Shown: positions 8,803-20,860, counted from the first letter of the stretch. The stretch: 22,977 nt of DNA from Candidatus Sumerlaeia bacterium (GCA_038208905.1 JBBQYG010000054.1:1-22977); one strand, 5' to 3'. Program-made: numbers and translations. Notes: a model not told the origin generated them from the sequence alone.

Positions 8803-8989
8803 CATGGGAACGCCATTCTCCCGAATGGCGCCGTCGCCCGCCGCCCCGATGGTTACCCCGCGCCGCGTCCCCCGCTAGCCGATCGGGAGATCGGCGTTCC
8901 CAGAATGACTCTCCCGTTGCTCCCCCGGCCCCGCCAGTGTCCCCCTTTTCCCGCCAACACAAACCGACCCAATACGGAGCCGCCCCACC

Positions 8990-9919
8990 ATGTTCGTCGC
9001 CGACAACTATACCGCCGCCCTGATCCTACGCCGCCGGGAGATGGAGGAAGTCAACCCCACCGCCAAGGGCAAGAAGCTCGCCCACCCCGCGCCCCGCGCC
9101 CCCCGCATCTTTGCCGACACCGCGGACTTCCAGAACATCAAGGCCCTCTTCGAGGCCGGAATCATCAACGGCGTGACCACCAACCCCACGCTGATGAAGC
9201 GCGCCGGCGCCAAGAACTGGGCCGAGGCCAAGAAGATGATGAAGGAAATCTGCGCCCTGATGAATCCCTATCCCGTGTCACTGGAACTCACGGAACTCAC
9301 CTTCGACAAGATGGTGAAGCAGGCCGACGAGCTGCGAAAGCTCGGTGCCAACTCCGTCATCAAGGTCCCCACCGGCGGATATACAGCCGTGGACAAGTCC
9401 CTCGATCCCCACACGGGACTCAAGGTGCTCCACGCCCTGTGGGAGCGCGACATCAAGACCAACGCCACCCTGATCTTCAACTCCACCCAGGCCTACTGGG
9501 CCGCCCAGGCCGGAGCCACCTATGTGTCGCCGTTCCTCGGGCGCCTGGCCGACTATGCCTACAAGAACGACACCCCCGAGCGCGCCCCCGGCAACTCCCT
9601 CTACCTGATCGACGACCACAAGAACGCCAAGGGCGACCAGAAGGTGGCCAACACCGAATACGTCGCCAGCGGCGGCAAGCGTAAGGACATCGGCACGCGC
9701 CTGATCCGCGAGATCGTCCAGGTCTTCTCCAACTACGACATCAAGACCGAGGTCCTCGCCGCCAGCTTCCGCAACTTCGCCCAAATCTCCGAAATCCTCC
9801 TCGCCGGCGCCGACATCCTCACCGTCCCCGGCGACCTCCTCATGCAAGTCGCCGACCACCCCCTCAGCGACGCCGGCATGACGGCGTTCGTGGAGGATTC
9901 GAAGGCGTTTTCGGGGTAA
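8990..9919 (+). CDS. tal: Transaldolase (small TalC/FSA family)
   Basis: FADTA, GVTTNPTLM, VSLEL, VIKVP (Schiff-base Lys), NATLIF, YVSPFLGRL, VLAASFRN, GADILTVP, HPLSDAG. Glu in VSLE and Phe in SPF favour transaldolase over fructose-6-phosphate aldolase. Confidence 0.9.
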   Translation: MFVADNYTAALILRRREMEEVNPTAKGKKLAHPAPRAPRIFADTADFQNIKALFEAGIINGVTTNPTLMKRAGAKNWAEAKKMMKEICALMNPYPVSLELTELTFDKMVKQADELRKLGANSVIKVPTGGYTAVDKSLDPHTGLKVLHALWERDIKTNATLIFNSTQAYWAAQAGATYVSPFLGRLADYAYKNDTPERAPGNSLYLIDDHKNAKGDQKVANTEYVASGGKRKDIGTRLIREIVQVFSNYDIKTEVLAASFRNFAQISEILLAGADILTVPGDLLMQVADHPLSDAGMTAFVEDSKAFSG

Positions 9920-10124
9920 AGCCGCCGCGCCCGTCAAACAACGTGGCCGTGAAATGACCATTTCCTACTCATGTGCCGGAAGACATGTGAAGGAAACGGC
10001 TTTTTCCATATAAATTCGGGTTTACGTGCAAATAAAAAGGCGCTTTCTTTGCATGTACCGTGGGGCATGTAAAGATGAAGCGGTTCTCTTTCCATGTGAT
10101 TTCGGCGAAAACCGGGGACGCACG

Positions 10125-11196
10125 ATGATTCCAAGGATCAGCGAAGGTTTCCCCCTCGGCAAGATCGAGACGGTTGCGGTGCTGAAGCGACTCGCGGGGG
10201 TCAGCAGGCGCCTCGCCGAACTCAAGGGCATGGGAGGAACGATCCCCAAGCCTGGAATCCTGATCAATACGCTCGCCATGCAGGAGGCAAAGGACAGCTC
10301 GGAGATTGAGAATATCGTCGCGACCCAAGACGAAATCTATCGCGGGGACCTTTTTCTGGAGGTGGCTTCCACCCCCGCCGCCAAGGAAGTTCAGCGGTAC
10401 GCCACCGCAATGCGCGTCGGCTACGACAGCGTCCGGTCCACCGGACTGCTGACCGCGAACCACATTCTGGAAATTCAGTCGGTGCTGAAAGGAAACGGCG
10501 CCGGGCTCCGCAAGCTCCCCGGCACAGTGCTGAAGGACGCGGCGGGCGCCGTTGTCTATACGCCCCCCCCAGGACCCCGCGGAGATCGTCGCGCTGATGA
10601 CCGATGTCGAGCGGTGCATCAACGATCCCGCCTATCTCCCCGTGGACCCGCTGATCAAGATGGCGGTGATCCACCACCAGTTTGAGAGCATCCACCCCTT
10701 CTACGACGGCAACGGCCGCACGGGCCGGATCGTCAACGTGCTCTATCTGGTCAAGGAGGGCCTCCTCGACCTGCCGATCCTCTCTATGAGCCGCCAGATC
10801 CTGCGCACGAAAGCCGACTACTACCGCCTCCTCCGCGACTCGCGCGCCTCCGGCAATTGGGAAGAGTGGATTATCTACGTGCTCGACTGCGTCGAGAAAA
10901 CGGCCATCGGCGCAGTCAAGACGATCACCGCCATCAGTGAGGCGATGCAGTCCCGCAAGGAGCACATCCGCCACCACCACAAGTTCTATAGCCAAGACCT
11001 GCTGAACAGCATCTTTCAGCACCCCTACACGAAGATCGAATTCATGCAAGACGAGCTGAAGGTCTCAAGGCCGACCGCGACCAAGTACCTCGAAGAGCTG
11101 ACGGCGAGCGGCGTCCTCGCCAAAGAGAAGCGCGGACGATCGAACTACTACATCAACACGGCTCTGTGGGCGATCCTTATCGCCGAGCGGGAATAG
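10125..11196 (+). pseudogene. Fic-family AMPylase with N-terminal domain and C-terminal HTH, interrupted by a +1 frameshift
   Basis: Frame 1 from ATG 10125 has LAELKG...LINTL..QEAKDSSEIENI...VYTPP; the other frame continues QDP...HHQFESIHPFYDGNGRTGR...VSRPTATKYLEEL. The junction is the C8 run at 10563-10570; C7 would give one 356-aa ORF. Confidence 0.85.
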
Positions 11197-11204
11197 GGAG
11201 AGCA

Positions 11205-11345
11205 CATAGCGGAACGGCACAACGGCCACGAAGACAGGCCGCACTCGGATCCACCAAGGACCGAGGGGCCACCTCGCCGGACGCGTCCTTCCCCGGTTTC
11301 CTGCCGTTCTTCTCGTCCATGTCGGTCATCGTGCCGTTTCTCCGC
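11205..11345. repeat. Degenerate palindromic element C sharing the AACGGCA/TGCCGTT core
   Basis: AACGGCAC (11213-11220) pairs with GTGCCGTT (11331-11338); extra TGCCGTTC at 11302-11309; lies between convergent genes. Confidence 0.5.
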
Positions 11346-11417
11346 CTTGGTCAGTAAACTTCCAGGCCGAGTGTCTCAACCGGTATAGGCAGGTAGGGGG
11401 CCGCCCCGTCGCCCCCC

Positions 11418-12422
11418 TCAAAACAACACCCACTCCTCGCTCCTCACCCGGTATCCCAGGTCCACCAGCGCCCCCACCTCGAAGGGCTGATACGATCGCG
11501 TGGTAAACCCGGCGATCGAGAAGGGGCGCATGACGGTGCCGGAGGGGATCGGGCTGTTCTGCTGCCAGTGGGCAATGCTGGAGCCGCCGGCGAAGGAGTC
11601 GGGCGTGTGGACGGGCGGGGAGCCTTCGCCGGGGAAGATGCGGGTGGCGTTGGTGCCGCGGAAGCTGACGGCGTTGAGTCCGCCGACGAGCGTGCTGGCC
11701 TGGAAGACGAAGGTGCCCTGGTTCCAGACCTTGGCGTCGGGGACGTTCAGGAACAGTTGAGCGTCCCACCGGGAGTAGGCGAGAGTGGGGGCAAAGACGC
11801 TGACTCCCGTGCTGCTGGAGGCGAAGGAGGTGACGCCCAGGCCGTGGGTGAATTCGTGGAGGAGGACGCTGAACAAATCGAACTGGCCGATGGCGGGCGG
11901 GCCGAGGGTGTTGTTCCAGTTGTAGCCGAAATCCACGGTGATGCTGATCTCCGGGTTGGCGCCGTTGACGTCGTTCCCGGTGTCCAGGCGCAGGAACGAG
12001 GTGCCCGGGAGGAAGCCGTTGGCGCCGGACTGGAAGGAGGTGCCGCCGCGGGCGAGGGAGCCGCTGCCGTCGGTCTCCGACGCGTTCACGCGGATGGCGA
12101 GGTCCCCGCCGGGATAGCGCAGCACGCCGTCCACGTAGTTGAGGACGGCCTCGAAGACGGCCTTGCGGCTGGCGCCCAGGGCGGCGTCGTCAAAGCCGAT
12201 GCCCGTGCCGGAGTCCAGATAGGTGATGGTGAAGTCGATGCCCGTGGCGCCCCGGGGGTTGAACTTGGGGGCGGCGGCGACCTGTTCCGGGGTGGGCTTG
12301 GGGAGTTCCGACTCGGGCAGGATTTCCCCCGTGTGGCCAAATTGATAGAAAAATTCGGCGTGGGCGGGGCCCGCGCCCGCCAATAGGGTCAGTATCGTCA
12401 TCCAACGCGCGGTGTGGGGCAT
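11418..12422 (-). CDS. Secreted zinc metalloprotease (HExxH, metzincin-like)
   Basis: Signal peptide MPHTARWMTILTLLAGAGPAHA; FDLFSVLLHEFTHGLG; downstream GSSIAHW and TVMRP (Met-turn-like); GGAG upstream of ATG 12422. Confidence 0.85.
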   Translation of the reverse strand: MPHTARWMTILTLLAGAGPAHAEFFYQFGHTGEILPESELPKPTPEQVAAAPKFNPRGATGIDFTITYLDSGTGIGFDDAALGASRKAVFEAVLNYVDGVLRYPGGDLAIRVNASETDGSGSLARGGTSFQSGANGFLPGTSFLRLDTGNDVNGANPEISITVDFGYNWNNTLGPPAIGQFDLFSVLLHEFTHGLGVTSFASSSTGVSVFAPTLAYSRWDAQLFLNVPDAKVWNQGTFVFQASTLVGGLNAVSFRGTNATRIFPGEGSPPVHTPDSFAGGSSIAHWQQNSPIPSGTVMRPFSIAGFTTRSYQPFEVGALVDLGYRVRSEEWVLF

Positions 12423-12550
12423 CGCAGGTGGGGTCTCCTTGGGGCAGACTCTGATTTCCAAGGGGGAGAATCCTCATTCTGCGGGGAAGCGCAATCCCAA
12501 CCGCAACGATGAAACATGGTGCCTCGCCGCGCCGGTCCAGCAGGGGGCCG

Positions 12551-12626
12551 ACCCGATGGACGAGACGCACAATATGGGCTTGATGGACGTCCATCGTGTC
12601 CATCCTGTCAATCATGTCCATCGGGT
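12551..12626. repeat. 76-bp imperfect palindrome built from 9-bp units
   Basis: Outer arms ACCCGATGGAC / GTCCATCGGGT and central GATGGAC|GTCCATC share the same axis (12588/12589); ATGGAC-like units at 9-bp period on the left and GTCCAT-like units on the right. Confidence 0.85.
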
Positions 12627-12676
12627 GGCGCTGGCTGCAAAACTCTGCGAAACACCCCAGGCAACTTCGGAGTGGG

Positions 12677-13552
12677 TCAGAGTCCCAGCGCCTTCTTGAC
12701 CATGGCGGGAAGCTGATCGGGGCGCTCGGCGCATTCGATGCCGCATTCGCCAAGGATGCGGATCTTCTCCTGGGCGGTGCCGGCGCCGCCGCTGATGATG
12801 GCGCCCGCGTGGCCCATGCGCTTGCCGGGGGGGGCGGTCAGGCCGGCGATGAAGCCGACCACGGGCTTGGTCATGTGCTGCTTCGCCCATGCCGCCGCCA
12901 GCTCCTCCATGTTGCCGCCGATTTCGCCGATCATGATCACGGCGTCGGTTTCTGGATCGTTGTTGAAGAGTTCAAGGGCGTCGCGATGCGACGTCCCAAC
13001 GATGGGGTCGCCGCCGATGCCGATGCAGGTGCTCTGGCCAATGCCGGCGCGGGTCAGCTCCCACACGACTGCATAGGTGAGCGTCCCGCTGCGGCTGATG
13101 ACGCCCACGCGGCCGGCCTTGTGGATATGGCCGGGCATGATGCCGCACTTGGCCTTGCCGGGGGTGATGACGCCGGGGCAGTTGGGCCCCACGACGTGGA
13201 CACCCATGCGCTTGGCCTCGTGATAGACGGTCATCATGTCGAGGGTGGGGATGCCCTCGGTGATGATCAGCACCACCTTGATACCGGCCTCCATCGCCTC
13301 CAGGGCGGCGTCGGCGGAGAACCCGGCGGGAACATAAATGATCGTGGTGTTACACTGGGTCGCGGCGACGGCCTCGCGGACGGTGTCGAAGACGGGCACG
13401 TCGTCCAGAGTGGTCTGGCCGCCCTTTCCCGGAGTTACACCGGCGACCACCTTGGTGCCATAGGACTTCATCTGGCCACCGTGATACTGGCCCTCGCGTC
13501 CGGTGATTCCCTGGATGAGGAGGCGGGTGTTCTCATTGACGAGGATCGACAT
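12677..13552 (-). CDS. sucD: Succinate--CoA ligase alpha subunit
   Basis: [59 protein letters not shown] (phospho-His). Confidence 0.97.
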   Translation of the reverse strand: MSILVNENTRLLIQGITGREGQYHGGQMKSYGTKVVAGVTPGKGGQTTLDDVPVFDTVREAVAATQCNTTIIYVPAGFSADAALEAMEAGIKVVLIITEGIPTLDMMTVYHEAKRMGVHVVGPNCPGVITPGKAKCGIMPGHIHKAGRVGVISRSGTLTYAVVWELTRAGIGQSTCIGIGGDPIVGTSHRDALELFNNDPETDAVIMIGEIGGNMEELAAAWAKQHMTKPVVGFIAGLTAPPGKRMGHAGAIISGGAGTAQEKIRILGECGIECAERPDQLPAMVKKALGL

Positions 13553-13656
13553 AGGGGGGCTCTGGCTTTCCTGCGGAGTTCGCTGGATGGGGGGACTTAG
13601 GACGCGCCGGGCGCGTTACAGGCCGCAGTTGTTTCCGCCCACGCTCCGGGGGTCAA

Positions 13657-13703
13657 GGCGGAGAACGGCGGGGAAAGGCGGGAATGGCGGGAAAGGCGGG
13701 AAC
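13657..13703. repeat. Short tandem repeat GGCGGGAAN, five degenerate copies
   Basis: GGCGGAGAAC GGCGGGGAAA GGCGGGAAT GGCGGGAAA GGCGGGAAC; a near-complementary GTTTCCGCC lies at 13631-13639. Confidence 0.75.
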
Positions 13704-13757
13704 GACGGGGGGGAGGAATTGACGGCGTGGGGGGCGGGGGGGCGATGGTTGGGGCCC

Positions 13758-15527
13758 ATGCACAAGCCACGCCCAAGCACTCTGGCCTCGCTGGCCGTTG
13801 TCGTCCTGATGGCGGTGGTTTGGATTTGGCCGCTGGTGGGGCTGGGCGAGCAACGGTGGGCGACGCACTCCAACTGGTTCGATGCCAGCCGGGCCCAGAT
13901 GACCGTGGAGGCCTGGCGCGCGGGAATCGCCGACGCCCGGTGGTTTCCATCGGCGGACTACGGCTATGGCTATCCGTTCCTGTGGTACTACGCGCCGATG
14001 TTCTCGTGGGTGGCGGGAGGCCTGCTGGCGCTGACCGGCAAGGTGTCGCTGGCGATCCGCCTGGCGACGGCGCTGTGGCTGGCGGTGGGGGTGACGGGCA
14101 TGTGGGCGGCGGGCGCGAGGTTCTGGGGGATGGCGCGCGGGGAAAGCTCCCTCCCCCTGGCCGGGGGTATCGCCGCCGCCGCGTGGCTCGCCTCGCCGTA
14201 TCCGCTGGTCGGCGTGTATATACGCGGAACGGGGCCCGAGTTCGCCGCGATGCAGATGCTGCCGTGGGTCTTCTGGGCGGGGCTGGGCCTGCTGGCGAGG
14301 ACCGGGCCGTTGACGCGGCGCGATGGCGCGGAGGCAGTGCTCTCCGCCTTCTTCCTCGCGCTCGCCGTGCTCTCCCACAACTACCTCGGGCTGATGGCGC
14401 TGGGGCTGGCGTTCGCGATGCCCTTGTTCGCGGCGGCGCTGCGGTGGGGCGGCGGATGCGCGCCATTCGCGGCGCGTCGCCTGCTCCTGCACGCGGGGGC
14501 TCTCGCCTACGCGCTCGCGCTGTCGGCGTTCTGGTGGGCGCCCGCGTTTCTGGAGCGCGGCTTCGTCCGCGACGAGGGAATGCGCATCGGCGAGTACCAC
14601 CACTCGCGGCACTTCCTGCACCTGTGGAATTACCTGATCGTGGGCTACTGGGGCAGTGGCGGCAGCTTCCCCGGCCCTCGCGACACGCTGACGCTGCATC
14701 TTGGATTCGCCGGCGTCGTGGGCCTTGCATCGGCAGCGTGCGCCCTGGTTGTGGGCGACCGAAAGGTCCGCTCGGCCTGTGGCGCGCTGCTCGCGGCGAT
14801 TGCCGCGGCGATCTTCCTGACGCACTGGAGCAGCGAATTCCTGTGGGACCATTTCGCGCTCCTATCCACGGGGCAGTTTCCGTGGAGGTTCCTCGCGCTC
14901 GGGACGCTCGGCGTTGCGCTTGCCGCGCCCGCGTTTCTATGCGTCCCCGGAAGAGCAGCGCGGATCACGGGGCTTGTGCTGATCGGCACGACCGCGCTGG
15001 CGAGCGCGGTGGTCTATCGGCATCCCCTGTCGCTCCTTCCCGCCCCCCGGGAGATCGTTTCCGTCGATCCGCGGTACGACCACCTGCGGACGGCGATCAT
15101 GGACGAGTTCGGCCCCGCCTGGCGCCCCGATACGGCCGATCGCGGTGCGCCACCAGACTCGGTGATGCCGGGCGAGGGGCTGACAATTCTCGACGCGGCG
15201 GTCGATGGCTCCAGCGCCATGATCGCGATGGAGCATCGCGGCCCCGAAACCAGCCGCGTCGTGCTCGCTCGGAACTACTTCCCCGGCTGGACGGCACGCC
15301 TATTGGAGGGCGATTCGCCGGAACTGGTGATTGGACCCGAAAATGGCACAGGATTCATCGAACTGACTGGAATCCCGCCCGGGAGGAGCGTCGTCGCGTT
15401 CACGCTGGAGGCGACGCCCACGCGCCACTGGGCGAGGCTGCTCTCGGTGGGCGCACTGCTGGCTCTCATCCTGATTGGAATCAGAATTCGTAGGATGCCC
15501 AGGGAATTGTACGCCGAAAGAACTTAA
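13758..15527 (+). CDS. Polytopic membrane protein, GT-C glycosyltransferase-like (6-pyruvoyl-tetrahydropterin synthase-related / YfhO-like)
   Basis: ARWFPSADYGYGYPFLWYYAP, SPYPLVGVYIRG..PEF, LSHN, LSAFWWAPAFLE, QFPWRFL, NYFPGWTA; more than 10 hydrophobic segments. Start placed at ATG 13758. Confidence 0.8.
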   Translation: MHKPRPSTLASLAVVVLMAVVWIWPLVGLGEQRWATHSNWFDASRAQMTVEAWRAGIADARWFPSADYGYGYPFLWYYAPMFSWVAGGLLALTGKVSLAIRLATALWLAVGVTGMWAAGARFWGMARGESSLPLAGGIAAAAWLASPYPLVGVYIRGTGPEFAAMQMLPWVFWAGLGLLARTGPLTRRDGAEAVLSAFFLALAVLSHNYLGLMALGLAFAMPLFAAALRWGGGCAPFAARRLLLHAGALAYALALSAFWWAPAFLERGFVRDEGMRIGEYHHSRHFLHLWNYLIVGYWGSGGSFPGPRDTLTLHLGFAGVVGLASAACALVVGDRKVRSACGALLAAIAAAIFLTHWSSEFLWDHFALLSTGQFPWRFLALGTLGVALAAPAFLCVPGRAARITGLVLIGTTALASAVVYRHPLSLLPAPREIVSVDPRYDHLRTAIMDEFGPAWRPDTADRGAPPDSVMPGEGLTILDAAVDGSSAMIAMEHRGPETSRVVLARNYFPGWTARLLEGDSPELVIGPENGTGFIELTGIPPGRSVVAFTLEATPTRHWARLLSVGALLALILIGIRIRRMPRELYAERT

Positions 15528-15790
15528 TGGTTCCGGGAATCGCCAGTTGCCGTAAGCGGAATCCGCATGGAACAAAGCTCTGGAACCGAGGCGACAATAA
15601 GCCTGGCAGGGAAGCGGGGGCGTCTGGTTGCCTGAGACAGAGGGCGAGGCCTCCAAATGTCTCGCGAAACCGCTCGTCCGCCTTGGATGCAGATGACGTG
15701 GCTAGCGAATCCGCTCGACTCGACATCGCAATGGTCGCATCGTCCCGTCAATCGGCCAACCCGTTGTGAGCGCGACGAGCAAACCAATCC

Positions 15791-18685
<2,895 letters not shown>

Positions 18686-18851
18686 CATGTGCCGAGTCCA
18701 TGTGGCTCATCATTGAGGAATCTCGACGCCCCGGGACGGTGTTCCCCGCCAGCGGGAAGCCGAACGCAATTCTCCGGCAGAGCCTAACCTTCGGCGCGGC
18801 CCTTGCGTCCCTATGCCCCGGGGAGAACCGGGGGGAGCGCGCCCTTCCGTC

Positions 18852-18880
18852 TTGACGCTCTCGCGGCCCGACCCCACCCT
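18852..18880 (+). promoter_or_regulatory. Putative sigma70-type promoter for the lipoprotein pair
   Basis: TTGACG - 17 nt - CACCCT, about 50 nt upstream of the start at 18928; the -10 match is weak. Confidence 0.4.
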
Positions 18881-18927
18881 CGCAACCCAATGTCCGGCGC
18901 CTGCCGTCGACAGCATGGAGGAGTCCG

Positions 18928-19476
18928 TTGACGAAGTTCATCGTTATCCTGTTCGCCGTCCTCATGCCCCTCGCACTCGGGTGCGGGAACCAGAACCGCA
19001 AGCCGCGCTATGACATCGGCGAGCCGCTGGAAATCCAGCCGTTCAAGCGCTATGGCATCTACAACAACCGCGATTTCATCCGCACTTGGAAGCACGAGGC
19101 ATTCTCCCCTGTCACCGAGCCCCTTCGCCGCCGTCTCTCCGAGTCCCAGAAGGACATCCTCGAGCGTCAGGGCCAGCCCGACTATGTCCGCCGCAGTTTC
19201 AAGGCCACCACGGGTGAAACCGTGGACGAGTGGGCATGGTGGGACCGCGAAGTGATCGGCCAGTTCGTCCAGCGGGAGCTTGTCTTCGAGGGCCTCCTGA
19301 CCGACATGGACAAGACGCTGATCCGCTACGGATATCCCCGCCGCTCCTGGCGCCAGGCCTACGAGGCCGGCGGCGTCCAGCGCGACATCTGGGATTATCA
19401 GGGCTTTTTGATCGACACCCGCGGGGCCATCATGACCTTCTCCGAAGGAAAACTTATCTCCAAGCAGGACTACTAA
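18928..19476 (+). CDS. Putative lipoprotein (182 aa) with two G-x-P...W repeats
   Basis: GGAGGAG upstream of TTG; signal MTKFIVILFAVLMPLALGC with lipobox-like ALGC; GC3-rich codons. Confidence 0.85.
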   Translation: MTKFIVILFAVLMPLALGCGNQNRKPRYDIGEPLEIQPFKRYGIYNNRDFIRTWKHEAFSPVTEPLRRRLSESQKDILERQGQPDYVRRSFKATTGETVDEWAWWDREVIGQFVQRELVFEGLLTDMDKTLIRYGYPRRSWRQAYEAGGVQRDIWDYQGFLIDTRGAIMTFSEGKLISKQDY

Positions 19477-19478
19477 GC

Positions 19479-20822
19479 GTGCGCCTCCCTGTCCGCCGTC
19501 TCCCGTTGCTCGCCGCTCTGCTCCCCGTCGCCCTTGCGGCCACGGGGTGCCTTCATGATTCCGAGTCCGGCCTCCAGCGCGACCGGCGGGAGGCCTTCGA
19601 CCTGCTGGAGCAAGGCCGCAAGCTCAAGGCCCAGGGCGATATCGTGCTGGCCCGCGACACCTTTCTTCGGGCCGCGGAGCTCTCCGAACGCCCAGTGATC
19701 TATTACGAAATCGGCAACACCCAGTACCGCCTCTCCAACCCCGAGCAGGCCGCAGTCTATTACGAGAAGGCTCTCGCATTGGCGCCGGACTTCACGCTGG
19801 CGCGCGCGGAGCTGGACCTTGTTCGCTCGCAGATCGGCGAGCCGCCCGCGGCGGCGGCGCCGCTCCCCGGCAACGAAGTCGTTGCCCTCGCGGAGCCACT
19901 CGCGCGCCCCCCCGCCGTGGTGGCCGACGCAGCCACCCCCGCAGTCGAAGTCGAAGAGCCGTCCACCCCGGCCCCAACCTCTCCGGCACCCGCGCCGACA
20001 GAAACGCCGACGCCCCCGGTGACCAGCGTTCCTGCCCTGACGGCTCCGCCCGCCAGCGGCGCCTCCTCGGAGCCCATCGTGGCCCCAAGCCCCGGCACAG
20101 GGCCGCTTTCGGGAATCGGCCAGGCCTTCCGTGGTCTCGCCGGCCCGGGCGCCGCCCAGGGTAAAGAGGTCGATATCTCCAAAATTGATCGCGCTGAGCT
20201 AAGGCGCGTGGTCTTCCCGGAACTCGATGCACAGACCCCCTTCGTCTTGGAAAGCGAGCGCACCGCCGCCGGCGAGGCCGAGCGCCTTGGACGCCACGAC
20301 GACGCCGCGCGGCGGTGGTCCCGCATCATTACCGCCGAAAACGGCGCCGACGCGGCCTCTCGCGTCCGCCTGGCGGAGTCGCTGGCGCGCTCGGGCCGCA
20401 CCCGCCGCGCCGAGGAAGAGTTGCTCAAGGCGCTGGCAATGGCCCCCAACGATGCCGCCGTCTGGTTTGCGGCGGGCAACTTCTACGTCCAGCAAGAAGA
20501 GTCCGCCCAAGCCCGCGACGCCTTCGGCAAGACTCTGGAGCTTCAGCCCGGTCACATCCGGGCAAAGAATAACCTCGGCGTTCTCCAACTCCGGTCCGGC
20601 AACCCCGACATTGCCTTGGGCCTGCTGAACGAGGTGGTGCAGGCCGACCCCGAGTTCGCCTCCGCCTGGCTGAATCTTGCCTTGGCCAAGGAGGACACCG
20701 GCGCCCCGCCCGCGGAAGTGCTTGCGGCCCTGGAGACGTACCTTCGCCTCTCCGGCAAGCCCGACGCCCCCAGCGAGGCGTGGCAGGCGACCCTGCGCGC
20801 CAAGGCCGTCGCGCAGCCCTGA
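19479..20822 (+). CDS. TPR-repeat lipoprotein with Pro/Ala/Thr-rich linker (447 aa)
   Basis: GTG 2 nt after the previous stop; signal ...LLAALLPVALAATGC; TPR motifs YYEIGNTQYRL...YYEKALALAP, VWFAAGNFY...TLELQP, AKNNLGVL, AWLNLALA. Confidence 0.88.
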   Translation: MRLPVRRLPLLAALLPVALAATGCLHDSESGLQRDRREAFDLLEQGRKLKAQGDIVLARDTFLRAAELSERPVIYYEIGNTQYRLSNPEQAAVYYEKALALAPDFTLARAELDLVRSQIGEPPAAAAPLPGNEVVALAEPLARPPAVVADAATPAVEVEEPSTPAPTSPAPAPTETPTPPVTSVPALTAPPASGASSEPIVAPSPGTGPLSGIGQAFRGLAGPGAAQGKEVDISKIDRAELRRVVFPELDAQTPFVLESERTAAGEAERLGRHDDAARRWSRIITAENGADAASRVRLAESLARSGRTRRAEEELLKALAMAPNDAAVWFAAGNFYVQQEESAQARDAFGKTLELQPGHIRAKNNLGVLQLRSGNPDIALGLLNEVVQADPEFASAWLNLALAKEDTGAPPAEVLAALETYLRLSGKPDAPSEAWQATLRAKAVAQP

Positions 20823-20860
20823 CCCGGCGAAGTCGCGGTTCGGGATTCGGAAAAACACGG

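Noticed and set aside
10026-10124. Upstream extension of the Fic N-terminal ORF
   Set aside because: AT-rich, Cys-rich non-protein-like translation; more likely promoter/operator DNA.
9942-11230. 9-bp inverted match CGTGGCCGT / ACGGCCACG flanking the Fic gene
   Set aside because: Too short and GC-rich to distinguish from chance.
15527-15790. Short ORFs between the GT-C-like gene and the kinase
   Set aside because: No convincing RBS, codon bias or motif; treated as intergenic, though a gene remnant cannot be excluded.
18690-18850. GC-rich hairpins after the kinase as a possible ncRNA or riboswitch
   Set aside because: No recognisable conserved motif; short stems are expected at this GC content.
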